A stretch of DNA of 64,000 bases from Kiloniellaceae bacterium (GCA_021776115.1 JAJFGN010000042.1:15000-78999); one strand, 5' to 3'; shown: positions 46,468-56,139, counted from the stretch's first letter. A program made the numbers and translations. The notes: generated from the sequence alone by a model not told the origin.

Positions 46468-47883
46468 ATGGCTACAAGACTTTCGTTCACGATTTTCGCC
46501 ATCCTGATCGTCGGCGTCTGGGCGATCCTTGGTCCCGGGCCGGCGCGGGCCCAGGATTACGACGCCGGCATGGCCGCTTACGAGGCGGGCGACTATGAGC
46601 GCGCGGTCCGGATTTGGGATCCCTTGGCCACGGGCGGCGACGCGACGGCTCAATACAGTCTGGGTAAGCTCTACGAGACCGGGAACATCGATCTGCAGCG
46701 TGACTATGGGCGCGCGGTCGAGTGGTACCGGCTGGCGGCGGCCCAGGGGATCGCGGCCGCGCAAAACAACTTGGGTTTGATGTATGCCCAAGGCCGCGGC
46801 GTCGCCCGTGACGCAGGCCGGTCTGTGGAGTTGTGGAGCGGGGCGGCCAAACAGAACCATCCGATGGCGCAATTCAATCTCGGCTTGGCTTATTTTCGCG
46901 GCGAAGGGGTTGCCGAGAACAAGAAGGAAGCAGAATCGTGGTTCCGGCGCGCGGCCGAACTTGGGCTCGCGGACGCCCAGTATGCCCTAGGGCAGGTCCG
47001 GCTTCATGGCCTGACGGCCGAGGCCAACCGGGGCGAGGCGCTTGCTTGGTATCAGCTTGCCGCCGCTCAAGGACATCAGAAGGCAAGGGAACAGGCCGAG
47101 GTCTTGCGCAAGGAAGGCGTGAAGCCGCGCATGGATGCGTCGCTCGATGCGCCTGGCGATGCGGGGGGCGCACCCGGGGGCACATCTGGGGGGGTAGCCC
47201 CCGTTGCACCACCGAAGGCGCAGACCGCACAGGCGCCGGCAGTGACGAAGAACGCCGTGACAGCTCAGGCGGAGAAAGCACCGCCAAGCACCGCCCTTGC
47301 GCAACCAGCGGCGCCGGCCGCGCCAACCAAACAAAACACGGCCGTCGCAGAGATGCCGGTCAAGAAAGGTGTAACGGGCGCGCAGATCGCTGCGCCCAAG
47401 GTGCCCAAGGCCGCTCAGACAAAGACCGGCCAAATGGGGACCCCGCCGGCAAGAACACCGCTGCAGACCCAACCCGCAGCCAAACCCGCAGCCAAACCCG
47501 CGGCCAAACCTGTGGCCAAGACGCAGACGGTCACGCCACGGGCGGCCAAACCGGCGCAGATCAAGACACAGGTCGCGCGCGCGGGTGTCGGGGCGGCGCC
47601 ATCCGGCGTCGGCGGCAGGGTGAAGGTATGGCTGTACTCGGCCGATAGCGAAGGCCAGGCCATCGAATACCTGCGCCGGATCGAGAACCAGCATAAAGCG
47701 CAGCTTACGGGTGTCGATGGCGCCGTCACGCCGGTTCAATTCAGTGACGGCAAAGTCCTGTACCGGGTGGTTGCCGGAGACTTCGAAAATTGGAACGCCG
47801 GCCGCAAGTGGTGCAGATCGCTAACCGCAAGTGCGCTGGGTACGTTCTGCAAGGTTTTGCCGTCGTCAGGGGCGGCCAATTGA
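46468..47883 (+). CDS. Sel1-repeat / SPOR-domain protein with Pro/Ala-rich linker
   Basis: Signal/anchor MATRLSFTIFAILIVGVWAIL. About five Sel1 units (AQYSLGKLYETG, AQNNLGLMYAQGRGV, AQFNLGLAYFRGEGV, AQYALGQVRLHG...). An AAKPAAKPAAKPVAK linker follows, then a C-terminal SPOR-like VWLYSADSEGQAIEYLRRIE...YRVVAGDF. Confidence 0.8.
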   Translation: MATRLSFTIFAILIVGVWAILGPGPARAQDYDAGMAAYEAGDYERAVRIWDPLATGGDATAQYSLGKLYETGNIDLQRDYGRAVEWYRLAAAQGIAAAQNNLGLMYAQGRGVARDAGRSVELWSGAAKQNHPMAQFNLGLAYFRGEGVAENKKEAESWFRRAAELGLADAQYALGQVRLHGLTAEANRGEALAWYQLAAAQGHQKAREQAEVLRKEGVKPRMDASLDAPGDAGGAPGGTSGGVAPVAPPKAQTAQAPAVTKNAVTAQAEKAPPSTALAQPAAPAAPTKQNTAVAEMPVKKGVTGAQIAAPKVPKAAQTKTGQMGTPPARTPLQTQPAAKPAAKPAAKPVAKTQTVTPRAAKPAQIKTQVARAGVGAAPSGVGGRVKVWLYSADSEGQAIEYLRRIENQHKAQLTGVDGAVTPVQFSDGKVLYRVVAGDFENWNAGRKWCRSLTASALGTFCKVLPSSGAAN

Positions 47884-48653
47884 GCGCGTTGGCGCCCTTC
47901 AAGAACCAGTTGACGCCGGGCCAGACCGCATTCGGCTGTTGGCTTAATCTGTTTAGCCCGATGGTGGCCGAAGTGGTCGCTCAAGCCGGCTACGACTGCG
48001 TTTTGATCGACCTGGAGCACGGGCCGGGATCGTTTCTCGATATGGTTCCGCTGCTGCAAGCGGTTCAGGGGTGGGATTGCGCGCCGCTGGTTCGGGTACC
48101 CTCCAACGATCCGGTCAACATGAAAAAGGTGCTCGATATTGGCGTCGAGGGAGTCATGATACCGTCCGTGGATACCGTGGCGCAGGCCGAGGCCGCCGTG
48201 GCGGCGTGCCGGTATCCGCCGCGTGGGCGCCGGGGCATGGCGGCCACCATCGTGCGCGCCTCTGAATACGGCGCATGCTGGCAGGAATACGTGGCCAAAG
48301 CGGACGACGCCTTGCTGGTCATGTGCCAGATCGAAAGCGCCGAGGCCGTCCGCAACGCCAGCGCGATTGCCGCTGTCGAGGGTGTCGACATGCTGTTTAT
48401 CGGGCCCTTCGATTTGTCGGCGAGTTTGGGCCACCTCGGCAAACCCGACCATCCCGAAGCCTGCGCCGCGATCGCGGAGATCGAGGCGGCGGCCAAGTCG
48501 GCCGGGGTCAGGTTAGGCGGCATTCCCACGCCGGAGCGTAGCGCCGCCGAATTGACGAACGCGGGCTACAGTCTGGTATTGGCCGACGCGGATGTGCTTT
48601 TGCTGCGCGATGCGGCGCGGTCCAGCGTCGCCGCGCTGCGTGCGGGGCGCTAA
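47880..48653 (+). CDS. HpcH/HpaI-family 2-keto-3-deoxy-acid aldolase
   Basis: FKNQLTPGQTAFGCWLNLFSPMVAEVVAQAGYDCVLIDLEHGPG, VRVPSNDPVNMKKVLDIGVEGVMIP, CRYPPRGRRG. The start is uncertain. TTG 47880 overlaps the upstream stop; the ORF opens at 47790. Confidence 0.82.
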   Translation: MSALAPFKNQLTPGQTAFGCWLNLFSPMVAEVVAQAGYDCVLIDLEHGPGSFLDMVPLLQAVQGWDCAPLVRVPSNDPVNMKKVLDIGVEGVMIPSVDTVAQAEAAVAACRYPPRGRRGMAATIVRASEYGACWQEYVAKADDALLVMCQIESAEAVRNASAIAAVEGVDMLFIGPFDLSASLGHLGKPDHPEACAAIAEIEAAAKSAGVRLGGIPTPERSAAELTNAGYSLVLADADVLLLRDAARSSVAALRAGR

Positions 48654-48666
48654 CCTCAGTCCCGGT

Positions 48667-49212
48667 TTAGCGTGGCGTGTCCGGATTGAGCCGGCTGCCT
48701 AGATAATCCAGGATCGCCGACAATTCCTCCGGCTCGGGTTCGGGCATGCCCTGTTCCTCGACCATCCATTCCAGCGTCTCTTCCCACGACGCCCGCGTTA
48801 GCCGCTGCTGCAGCACAATGGCGAGCGAGTGACACGCTTGACAGATGTAATAAACCTCCTCGCGTCCCGGACCCGCCGCTAGTCCACCCCAGTCTTCGCT
48901 ATCGACGCCGAAATGGGTCGAGAGATAGGACAAGATCAAGGTCCGGGCCCAAGGCTTGGGCGGTGTCATGTTATTGGACTTGATCATGCGTTCGATGTTC
49001 GCGTCCCAGTCCTCGCGGCTCATGCGCTGCTGTGCGAACTGGTTGAGCGAGTGGCAAGCGGTGCAGGTGAAATACACTGCTTCCCGGCCCGGGCCCTCGG
49101 GCAAGCCCTCGAAATCGGCGGCGTCCTGTGCGGCGCTGGCGGTTGGGAGGCGCGCGCCCCAACCGCCGAGCAGCAAGATCGTCAGGAAAACCCCAGCAGC
49201 GAAGCGGTTCAA
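48667..49212 (-). CDS. Periplasmic dihaem c-type cytochrome (two tandem domains), probable electron acceptor of the sulfite dehydrogenase
   Basis: Signal peptide. Two homologous halves each carry GPGRE(A/E)VY(F/Y)xCxACHSL. The start overlaps the stop of the Mo-enzyme gene. Confidence 0.8.
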   Translation of the reverse strand: MNRFAAGVFLTILLLGGWGARLPTASAAQDAADFEGLPEGPGREAVYFTCTACHSLNQFAQQRMSREDWDANIERMIKSNNMTPPKPWARTLILSYLSTHFGVDSEDWGGLAAGPGREEVYYICQACHSLAIVLQQRLTRASWEETLEWMVEEQGMPEPEPEELSAILDYLGSRLNPDTPR

Positions 49213-50522
49213 GCGACCTGGACCGCGATTCGATGCATGGAGTTGTTGAGGTAGCCCTTGGGATTCCAGTTGATCGCAAAGGGTTGCGTCATGCCGGCGT
49301 CATCGGTGGCGCGGGCCCAGATCTCGTAATAGCCCTTCTCGGGGAACGATAGGTCGGCGTTCCAGCGTTGCCAGGAGTAAGGGTTGGGTGGGTCCATGAG
49401 TTGGGCCGCGATCCAGGTCGCGCCGAAATCTATGCTGACGTGCATCGCGGCCACCTTCCGGTCGCCGGCCCAAGCGTGCCCACCGACCCGCAGGCTCCGC
49501 CCACCGATGCTTTGGCCGGTCTCATGCGAGGTGATCAGGGACTTCACCGGCATGGCCTCGATAATCCGGAAATCCTTCTTGTCCACTTTGGTGCCCGGCG
49601 CGACGTTGTAGTAGGGCCGCCGGTACGCCGTGCCGGTCATCTTCGGCCCGTCGTGCACGACGTCGCGGATCTGAATCCGGCGCAGCCATTTTTGCGAGGT
49701 CGACCCAGGCCAGCCCGGACAAATCGTGCGCGCCGGAAATCCGTTCAGGGTCGGGATCGGCTCGCCATTCATCTCGAAGGCGACGATCGAATGGGCCTCC
49801 ATCGCCTTGGCCAAAGGCACTCCGCGCGAGATCGGTAACTTGTTCGGGTCGCCGGAAAGGTGTCCATCCATACCGTAGTGCGCGGTATAGATGGCCGAGT
49901 CTTTGACGCCCGCGGCCTTGAGCAGGTCGCGGTAACGTATGCCCGTCCACTCGGCATTGCCGATCGCGCCGAGGGTCCATTGATTGCCCTTGGCCGGCGG
50001 GTTGAAGGCGGCGCGGCCATTGCCGCCGCATTCGACCTGGAGCTTGAGCTTGACCACCTCGAACCTGCTCTTGAGGTCGTCGAGCGTCAGCGTCATCGGG
50101 TTGTTCACCTCACCGTCGACGGTAAGCGTCCAGCCGCTTGCGTCCATCTTCTCGGCCATTTCAGGCACGATTCCGTTGTTACGCACGAAATGGCGGCTGT
50201 TGGGGGTCACGTCGTCGTCGAGCAGGTGCGGCGGCGTCTCGGCGTTGATCGGCCTGTCGTTCAAGACCGTCAGGCCGTCCTTGCCTTTGAGCATGAAATC
50301 CTTGGTCGATTCCGCCAGGGCGGCGGGGATCAGGCCACTGGGCATGTTGCTTTGGAAGGGAATAGTGCCGCCGACCACGGCGCCCATCGCGGCCAAGCCG
50401 GCGCCCTTTAGAAAGCCGCGCCGATCGCGCTCCGCGACCCGGCCGAAAATCATATAGTCGGCCGCTTCCGGGTCCTGTTCATAAAGTTCGCAGATGCCTC
50501 GCTCGATCGGCTTCTTGGTCAT
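49209..50522 (-). CDS. Sulfite-oxidase-family molybdopterin oxidoreductase (SorA/SoxC-like), Tat-exported
   Basis: Twin-arginine signal ERDRRGFLKGAGLAAMGAVV. Moco-binding region (LNDRPINAETPPHLL, VECGGNGR) and a C-terminal dimerisation-domain-like sequence. Confidence 0.87.
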   Translation of the reverse strand: MTKKPIERGICELYEQDPEAADYMIFGRVAERDRRGFLKGAGLAAMGAVVGGTIPFQSNMPSGLIPAALAESTKDFMLKGKDGLTVLNDRPINAETPPHLLDDDVTPNSRHFVRNNGIVPEMAEKMDASGWTLTVDGEVNNPMTLTLDDLKSRFEVVKLKLQVECGGNGRAAFNPPAKGNQWTLGAIGNAEWTGIRYRDLLKAAGVKDSAIYTAHYGMDGHLSGDPNKLPISRGVPLAKAMEAHSIVAFEMNGEPIPTLNGFPARTICPGWPGSTSQKWLRRIQIRDVVHDGPKMTGTAYRRPYYNVAPGTKVDKKDFRIIEAMPVKSLITSHETGQSIGGRSLRVGGHAWAGDRKVAAMHVSIDFGATWIAAQLMDPPNPYSWQRWNADLSFPEKGYYEIWARATDDAGMTQPFAINWNPKGYLNNSMHRIAVQVA

Positions 50523-50637
50523 TCGCTTCCTCCCATTTGATGGCCGCGCTGCCTGCGCTTTTTTTGCCTGATGAGAGAGGAGACGTTTCGAGCGCCGATT
50601 TTATTCCCTTGGCCGCGCATTTTTCCGAGGGTCCACA

Positions 50638-51441
50638 CTAGCTCGGGCAGGGGATGCTCTTGTCGCGGCTTTCCCGCAGGGCCGTGCGGGTTTGAACGTC
50701 GAGCGGCGCCCGTTCACGCGTGGCTTGGTGCAGACTTCGCGCGATTAGATCCAGCCGAGCTTGGTCCATCCCGTCGGCCATCAGAAGATATCCGTGGGTG
50801 GCGCTGCTCCAGGAATAGCTTTGCTTTGGACTTTGGCCAAGTTGCGTGAACGCGCGTGGCAGGCCCGCACCGCCGGTTAGAATGAATAGGCTGACGCGAC
50901 AACCGCGGGTTCCGCGGTAGCCAAGGTGCATCGCTTCCCGATCGGGGCTGCCTAGCGCCGTGGGCTCAATCCGGCTCAGCGTTAGCTTGGCCGATGTCAG
51001 ATCCGGCAGATAAGCCTGCGCGCCCAGGCGGCTGACGGCGGCAAGGACTTGTCCGGCATTGGGTTCTCTTACCGCGATTCGAGTGGGCCCTGCGTTTGCC
51101 CATGCCTCGTGCGCCGCCCACGCCTTGTCCAGCCAAGGCGGCGGTGCGCCCGCTCCGCCAAGGGGAATCGAAAGGGCGGCGACGGCCAGGACGAGAATAC
51201 CTAGGAGGCAAGCCGCGATGGCGCCATGCCCCACGCGGCGGACGGAGGTCGCGGGAATTTCGATGTCGGGGACTTCCGCCGATTCATGGACGGTCGCTTT
51301 GAGCTTGGCGAGCGTCGCGGCCGCTATCGCCAATTCTCGGTCTCCAGCAAGCGATTGCGCGACCTCGGCGGCCTCGGGGGGCGCCAACTCACCGTCGACG
51401 TAGGCGTTAAGTTGAGTCCAGTCTGGCCGGGAGGTGTTCAT
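50638..51441 (-). CDS. Anti-sigma factor (single-pass membrane protein)
   Basis: ATGA overlap with the ECF sigma gene. N-terminus MNTSRPDWTQLNAYVDGELAPPEAAEVAQSLAGDRE, one TM segment (AIAACLLGILVLAVAALSI), and a periplasmic C-terminal domain. Confidence 0.75.
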   Translation of the reverse strand: MNTSRPDWTQLNAYVDGELAPPEAAEVAQSLAGDRELAIAAATLAKLKATVHESAEVPDIEIPATSVRRVGHGAIAACLLGILVLAVAALSIPLGGAGAPPPWLDKAWAAHEAWANAGPTRIAVREPNAGQVLAAVSRLGAQAYLPDLTSAKLTLSRIEPTALGSPDREAMHLGYRGTRGCRVSLFILTGGAGLPRAFTQLGQSPKQSYSWSSATHGYLLMADGMDQARLDLIARSLHQATRERAPLDVQTRTALRESRDKSIPCPS

Positions 51442-51965
51442 TTCGCGGCCTTCCTTGCCCGCGCCGGCAGCGGCTGCACATTGCTCTCGCCGATAGCCAG
51501 CAACAGGCAATGGCGGGCCCGGCTGAGACGGCTCATAACGGTGCCTGGCGGAACCCCGATCAGCGCCGCCGTTTCGCCGTAACTAAAGCCGGCCAGGTCG
51601 ACCAGAGCAATCACTTCGCGATGCGGCGGCGACAGCTTGGTCAATCCGATGCGCACCGTCAGGCTGCTGATCAGGCTGTCGTCGAAGCGCCAGGTTTCGC
51701 CTCCCTCCGCGACAGGTTCGGTGGCATCGTCCAGTGCGACGACGCGTCCCGAGCGGCGCTCCTCGTCAAAGAAAGCGTTGCGGAGTATCCGGAACAACCA
51801 GGCCCGGTAAGCCGGTTCATCGCCCGGCCATCGGCGCGCCGCCATGGCGCGCAACGCGCAGTCCTGGACTAGATCCCGGGCTCGGTCCCGGTTTCCGGTC
51901 AAGCTGATCGCGTAGCCGTTTAAGCGGCCAAGATAGGCCGCGATGCGCGCGCGCTGTTCCGTCAC
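51438..51965 (-). CDS. ECF-type RNA polymerase sigma factor
   Basis: Region 2 (DLVQDCALRAM...YRAWLFRILRNAFFDEERR) and region 4 (LSPPHREVIALVDLAGFSYGETAALIGVPPGTVMSRLSRAR). Confidence 0.9.
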   Translation of the reverse strand: MTEQRARIAAYLGRLNGYAISLTGNRDRARDLVQDCALRAMAARRWPGDEPAYRAWLFRILRNAFFDEERRSGRVVALDDATEPVAEGGETWRFDDSLISSLTVRIGLTKLSPPHREVIALVDLAGFSYGETAALIGVPPGTVMSRLSRARHCLLLAIGESNVQPLPARARKAAK

Positions 51966-52063
51966 TTAGCCTCCCACTTGGCCTCCCATTGGGCCTCCAC
52001 GCTAGACGTTCCAGCCAAGAATGGGCTGGAACGTCTAGCGTGCGCAAGAGGGCCGGGCCGGAT

Positions 52064-52564
52064 TCAGCCCCCGGAGACGAGTTCGCCTTCGAGAATGAAA
52101 CGGCGATCCTTCGGCCCGGCGGCTTTGATCTGGAGCGAGCCAGCGCCCTTCATACCGGCGTACTGTCCGGTGCCGCCGACAATCTCCCAAAATCCGTAAT
52201 CGATTAGCTTCGGCTTACCTTTTTCGCCGGGCACGAAGATGGCGCGGACCAGCCATTTCACATAGGCCTTGCCACCCTTGGCATCGGTGAACTCGAGATA
52301 CCCGCGCGGATCGCCCCCGACCCCGGGAATGATATCGTGCATGCCCAGTTCCGTGACCGAGGCGCCGCTCAAGGGACCGTTACCCTTGGCCGTACCCTCG
52401 CGCCGGACCATGAGGACGAAATGCTTCGACCCGTCCTCGAAATTCATGCGCATGCTTTCCTTGGGGGTCAGGACGGCGTCGATTTTCATGGGCTCCGCGT
52501 GCGCGGCGGCCAGCCCAAGTCCAAAAACGAGTGTCGCGGCAAGCGCGGAAATCGTGAGTCTCAT
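52064..52564 (-). CDS. Secreted hypothetical protein (166 aa)
   Basis: The start at ATG 52564 is preceded by AGGGAGAA. Signal peptide MRLTISALAATLVFGLGLAAAHA. No family recognised. Confidence 0.6.
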   Translation of the reverse strand: MRLTISALAATLVFGLGLAAAHAEPMKIDAVLTPKESMRMNFEDGSKHFVLMVRREGTAKGNGPLSGASVTELGMHDIIPGVGGDPRGYLEFTDAKGGKAYVKWLVRAIFVPGEKGKPKLIDYGFWEIVGGTGQYAGMKGAGSLQIKAAGPKDRRFILEGELVSGG

Positions 52565-52662
52565 GGGTTCTCCCTGCATATTCGTGTTTTTGCATGTGAT
52601 GATGTACACGGATAACGCGCTGCCACCCAAATGTGGTGTCACTTTGGCGTGATCGATCTACG

Positions 52663-54165
52663 ATGCGCCCTATGGAGACCAGGGACTCTTTGTACGTTCT
52701 GGATACTGAGCAGATGTACCGGGCCGACGCCGCCGCCATAGCCGGTGGGGTTCCGGGTATGGCGCTGATGGAAAACGCTGGCCGCGCGGCCGCCGTGGCG
52801 CTTCGGGCAAGGTTCTCGCCTCGTTTGGCGGTTGTGTTCTGCGGGCCGGGCAACAACGGTGGCGATGGCTTCGTGGTCGCCCGGTGCTTGATGGACGCCG
52901 GTTGGCCGGTCCGTCTCGCCCTCTTGGGAAGGCCGGAAACCCTCAAGGGCGATGCGGCGCACCATGCCCGGCTTTGGACCGGACCGGTGGAGCCTCTGAC
53001 CTCGGATAACCTTCCGGCTTTGCTCCAGGACGCCGGCTTGGCCATCGACGCCTTGTTCGGCGCCGGCCTCGCCCGACCGTTGGAGGGCGCCGCCCGTGCG
53101 GCGGTCGAGGCGATCGAGGCGGCGGGTCTGCCGGTAGTGGCGATTGACGTGCCGAGCGGCCTATCGGGCGACAGCGGAGCGGTGCTTGGCGATACGGCGC
53201 TCAAGGCTGCACTGACCGTAACCTTCTTTCGCAAGAAACCCGGCCATCTGCTTCTGCCAGGACGATCTTTATGCGGCGAACTTGTGGTCGCGGATATCGG
53301 AATACCTCACGACGTCCTGCCCGGGATCGCGCCCTCGACGTTTGAGAACGCGCCGCCGCTGTGGGCCGACAGATATCCCTGGCGCGGGCCCGATAGCCAC
53401 AAGTACGACTTCGGCCACGCGCTGGTTCTCGGCGGTCCGGTCATGACGGGAGCCGGCCGCCTGGCGGCGCAGGCCGCGCTCCGGGTCGGCGCAGGGCTGG
53501 TCAGCGTGGCTTGCCCGCGCGTAGCGGTGCCCGTCTACGCCCAAGCCAGCCCCAGCCTGATCGTCTTGCCAAGCGACGCCGATGAGGATTTTGCGGATCT
53601 CTTGGCCGATCCCAGGCGCAACGCGGTTCTTATCGGACCCGGTCTGGGTCTTGGCGAGTCGACCCGAAGCCGGGTCTTGGCGGCACTCGGCGCCGGCAAG
53701 GCCATGGTTCTGGATGCCGACGCGCTGACCTCGTTCTCGCAGCGGCCCGCGGAGCTCTTCGGGGCGATAGCGGGAAACTGTGTCCTGACTCCGCACGAAG
53801 GGGAGTTTGCCCGCCTATTCCCGGATCTCCAGGGCGGCAAGTTAAGCCGGGCCCGGGCCGCCGCGGCCGCCAGCGGCGCCGTTGTGCTTCTGAAAGGCGG
53901 GGATACGGTCGTCGCAGCGCCGGATGGCCGGGCGGCGATCAATTGCAACGCGCCGCCAAGCCTGGCGATCGCTGGTGCAGGCGATGTCCTGGCGGGTCTT
54001 GTGGTGGGGCTGATGGCTCAGGGACTGGACGGCTTCGACGCCGCCTGTGCGGCTGTCTGGCTGCATGGGGAGGCCGGAGCTGCAGTGGGCCCGGGGCTAA
54101 TCGCCGATGATCTTCCTGCGGCTCTAGCGGTAGTTCTGCGCCGCTTAGCGAGGATGAGCCAATGA
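52663..54165 (+). CDS. nnr: Bifunctional NAD(P)H-hydrate repair enzyme (epimerase / ADP-dependent dehydratase)
   Basis: YjeF-N block (VFCGPGNNGGDGFVVAR) and a carbohydrate-kinase-like C-terminal domain (HKYDFGHALVLGG, VLTPHEGEF, GAGDVLAG). The start is uncertain (52633, 52663 or 52672). Confidence 0.9.
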   Translation: MRPMETRDSLYVLDTEQMYRADAAAIAGGVPGMALMENAGRAAAVALRARFSPRLAVVFCGPGNNGGDGFVVARCLMDAGWPVRLALLGRPETLKGDAAHHARLWTGPVEPLTSDNLPALLQDAGLAIDALFGAGLARPLEGAARAAVEAIEAAGLPVVAIDVPSGLSGDSGAVLGDTALKAALTVTFFRKKPGHLLLPGRSLCGELVVADIGIPHDVLPGIAPSTFENAPPLWADRYPWRGPDSHKYDFGHALVLGGPVMTGAGRLAAQAALRVGAGLVSVACPRVAVPVYAQASPSLIVLPSDADEDFADLLADPRRNAVLIGPGLGLGESTRSRVLAALGAGKAMVLDADALTSFSQRPAELFGAIAGNCVLTPHEGEFARLFPDLQGGKLSRARAAAAASGAVVLLKGGDTVVAAPDGRAAINCNAPPSLAIAGAGDVLAGLVVGLMAQGLDGFDAACAAVWLHGEAGAAVGPGLIADDLPAALAVVLRRLARMSQ

Positions 54166-54319
54166 GGCGCAATCCCGGGATCGGGCACACCGCCCAACGC
54201 GGCTGGCGGGCAAAATTCCGGCAGTGAAATGGGCCGATATCACTGAGAGTCGAGATAAATCTCTATTGGGCTTTGCTTGAATATAAAACTGAATTTCTAA
54301 ATAAATATACAGTATAAAT

Positions 54320-55363
54320 TTACTGTGTTACGGCTTTCATAAATAATCCAAAAATAAACATTACAAAAAGTAGAATATATGTATAGACTTGCGAAAACAC
54401 GTCGGTCAGAAAATCCTTCACAAACGATTTTATAGAAACACCGTTTCGCCGTTTTTGTTGTGTGGTGTTTGAAGTGTCTTCCCGGTCGTTAGCATTATTT
54501 GTAGATCTGTTTGTATAGGCGTTCGACATTGTTGTGTAAGAGCTCAAAAGCCTATGTTTTGGGGCATATTCTGAAATAGCGCTGGCCGAGCCTGACCTAT
54601 TGGCCAAGCCTAAACTGTTGGCCAGGCCTAAGCTATTGACCAGGCCTAAGCTGTTACCCGAGCCTGAGCTGTTGCCCGAGCCTGAGCTGTTTGTTGCAGG
54701 TCTTCCAGGCTTGATAAACACAAGATTACTCAGACTATTTTCAAGATTTCTGTCGAATGCGGATTTGGCTTTTCCCTGGGGCGATCCGAAAATTCCTTCG
54801 GCTGTATTTAGTATGGACTCAAAATATCTCAGACAATTTCCGATATTCGCCACGCGTGCGCCAATATCCGTCATGTGTGCTTTGACCTGGCCCAAATCCG
54901 ACGTATTGCCATTGGGCAGGCCCGCATCGGGGCTACCGCCGTTTGGCTCCGAAATCGCCCGATCCAAACCGGAACCCTCTCTGGGGGGCTCCAATAGGGG
55001 CTGCGAATCACTGTCGCGAGACAAACTGCCGGAAGGCTGGAAGGCCAAATTCCCGATTACGGCTCCGGATTCGGCATGCTCGCTCGATAGCTCCCCACCT
55101 ATTACATAGGAACTGGCGTCAGCATCACTGTACGATAAGCTGCAGGCGTCAGAGCTCAATCCCTCGTGCGACGACGTCAGTTGACCCACGAAGGGGTCGT
55201 GTGAACCGGGCTGCGATTGTCCGGAACCGTCATTGATCAAAGTCGCTTCGACAGCGTCCGGATAAAGGACAAACACAAACAGAGCGAATACGCAGACCGC
55301 TGCCCCGCCTCGCCGAGCGCAGTAGGGACCTTTACGTTTCCCCAAGGCGTGCCATTCCGTCAT
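54320..55363 (-). CDS. Hypothetical Ser/Gly/Asn-rich protein with N- and C-terminal hydrophobic segments, in an AT-rich island
   Basis: 347-aa ORF. N-terminal hydrophobic segment AAVCVFALFVFVLYP, C-terminal segment VYTYILLFVMFIFGLFM, and internal hexapeptide repeats SGSGNS/LGL(A/V)NS. Codon usage is visibly more AT-rich than in the flanking genes. Confidence 0.5.
   Translation of the reverse strand: MTEWHALGKRKGPYCARRGGAAVCVFALFVFVLYPDAVEATLINDGSGQSQPGSHDPFVGQLTSSHEGLSSDACSLSYSDADASSYVIGGELSSEHAESGAVIGNLAFQPSGSLSRDSDSQPLLEPPREGSGLDRAISEPNGGSPDAGLPNGNTSDLGQVKAHMTDIGARVANIGNCLRYFESILNTAEGIFGSPQGKAKSAFDRNLENSLSNLVFIKPGRPATNSSGSGNSSGSGNSLGLVNSLGLANSLGLANRSGSASAISEYAPKHRLLSSYTTMSNAYTNRSTNNANDREDTSNTTQQKRRNGVSIKSFVKDFLTDVFSQVYTYILLFVMFIFGLFMKAVTQ
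54581..54688. repeat. Six tandem 18-bp units (gttggccaggcctaagct-like)
   Basis: Read directly from the sequence. They encode the hexapeptide repeats of the island protein. Confidence 0.9.
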
Positions 55364-55872
55364 TCGTCTACCTAACTCAACGCCTGATACTGGCCACGAA
55401 AGGCGGTGCGTACCGTGAGTCCCGATTTACTCCAAGGTTTACCAACCTGGTGCCGACGGTAATCGCGACCCGATCAAAAATTACAGCAAAATAGTCGGGC
55501 AAAGTAAATCCAAATTACTGTTTAGCCGCAACTTGGACCTCAAGCTTTGGTGAACCTGACACTTCCCACATAACCGCAAAATCTACTCTGAAAGCCCGTT
55601 TTTGGCTATTTGGCGTGTCCGTAAGCCCGTTTGGCCAATTTTACCGTCATCCAGGCACACCCCTCCCATCTTTCCGGATAGCCGATACGGTAGCTGTTCT
55701 GCGCCATTTCGCGAGGATGCGTCAATTATAAGTAGAAATTATGCGATATTAACTCCCTCATAAGGTTACGGGGCGGCTTAACCTGTATTTAAACGTGGTG
55801 AGCCATAATTCGAGCCTAGGGTTAGCGCAAACCCTGCCCGCAGGGAGCGGGTCACGGTGAAAGGTATTCAAT

Positions 55873-56139
55873 ATGCTCGCGCTACAAGTCGGCCAATGGT
55901 TCAAAGGCGGTTCTCGACCCGACGATGTGAAGGTCGGGGCGGAATTTCGTAAGACTCGCCGGGGCAACATCGTCGAAATTGCCAAGGTGTTGGAAATCGC
56001 CCCCGATTGCATGGGCGTTCCCCATGTGCACTACAAAGTGTCGATCCAGAGCGCGCACCATGAGTGCTTCGAGGAGCAACGGACCCTAGGCCTCGACAGT
56101 TTCGCGGAACGCTTCGGTAAGGCTCTCGCTGCCGGCTGA
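55873..56139 (+). CDS. Hypothetical protein (88 aa)
   Basis: ORF only. Weak RBS, no family recognised, at the right edge of the AT-rich island. Confidence 0.3.
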   Translation: MLALQVGQWFKGGSRPDDVKVGAEFRKTRRGNIVEIAKVLEIAPDCMGVPHVHYKVSIQSAHHECFEEQRTLGLDSFAERFGKALAAG

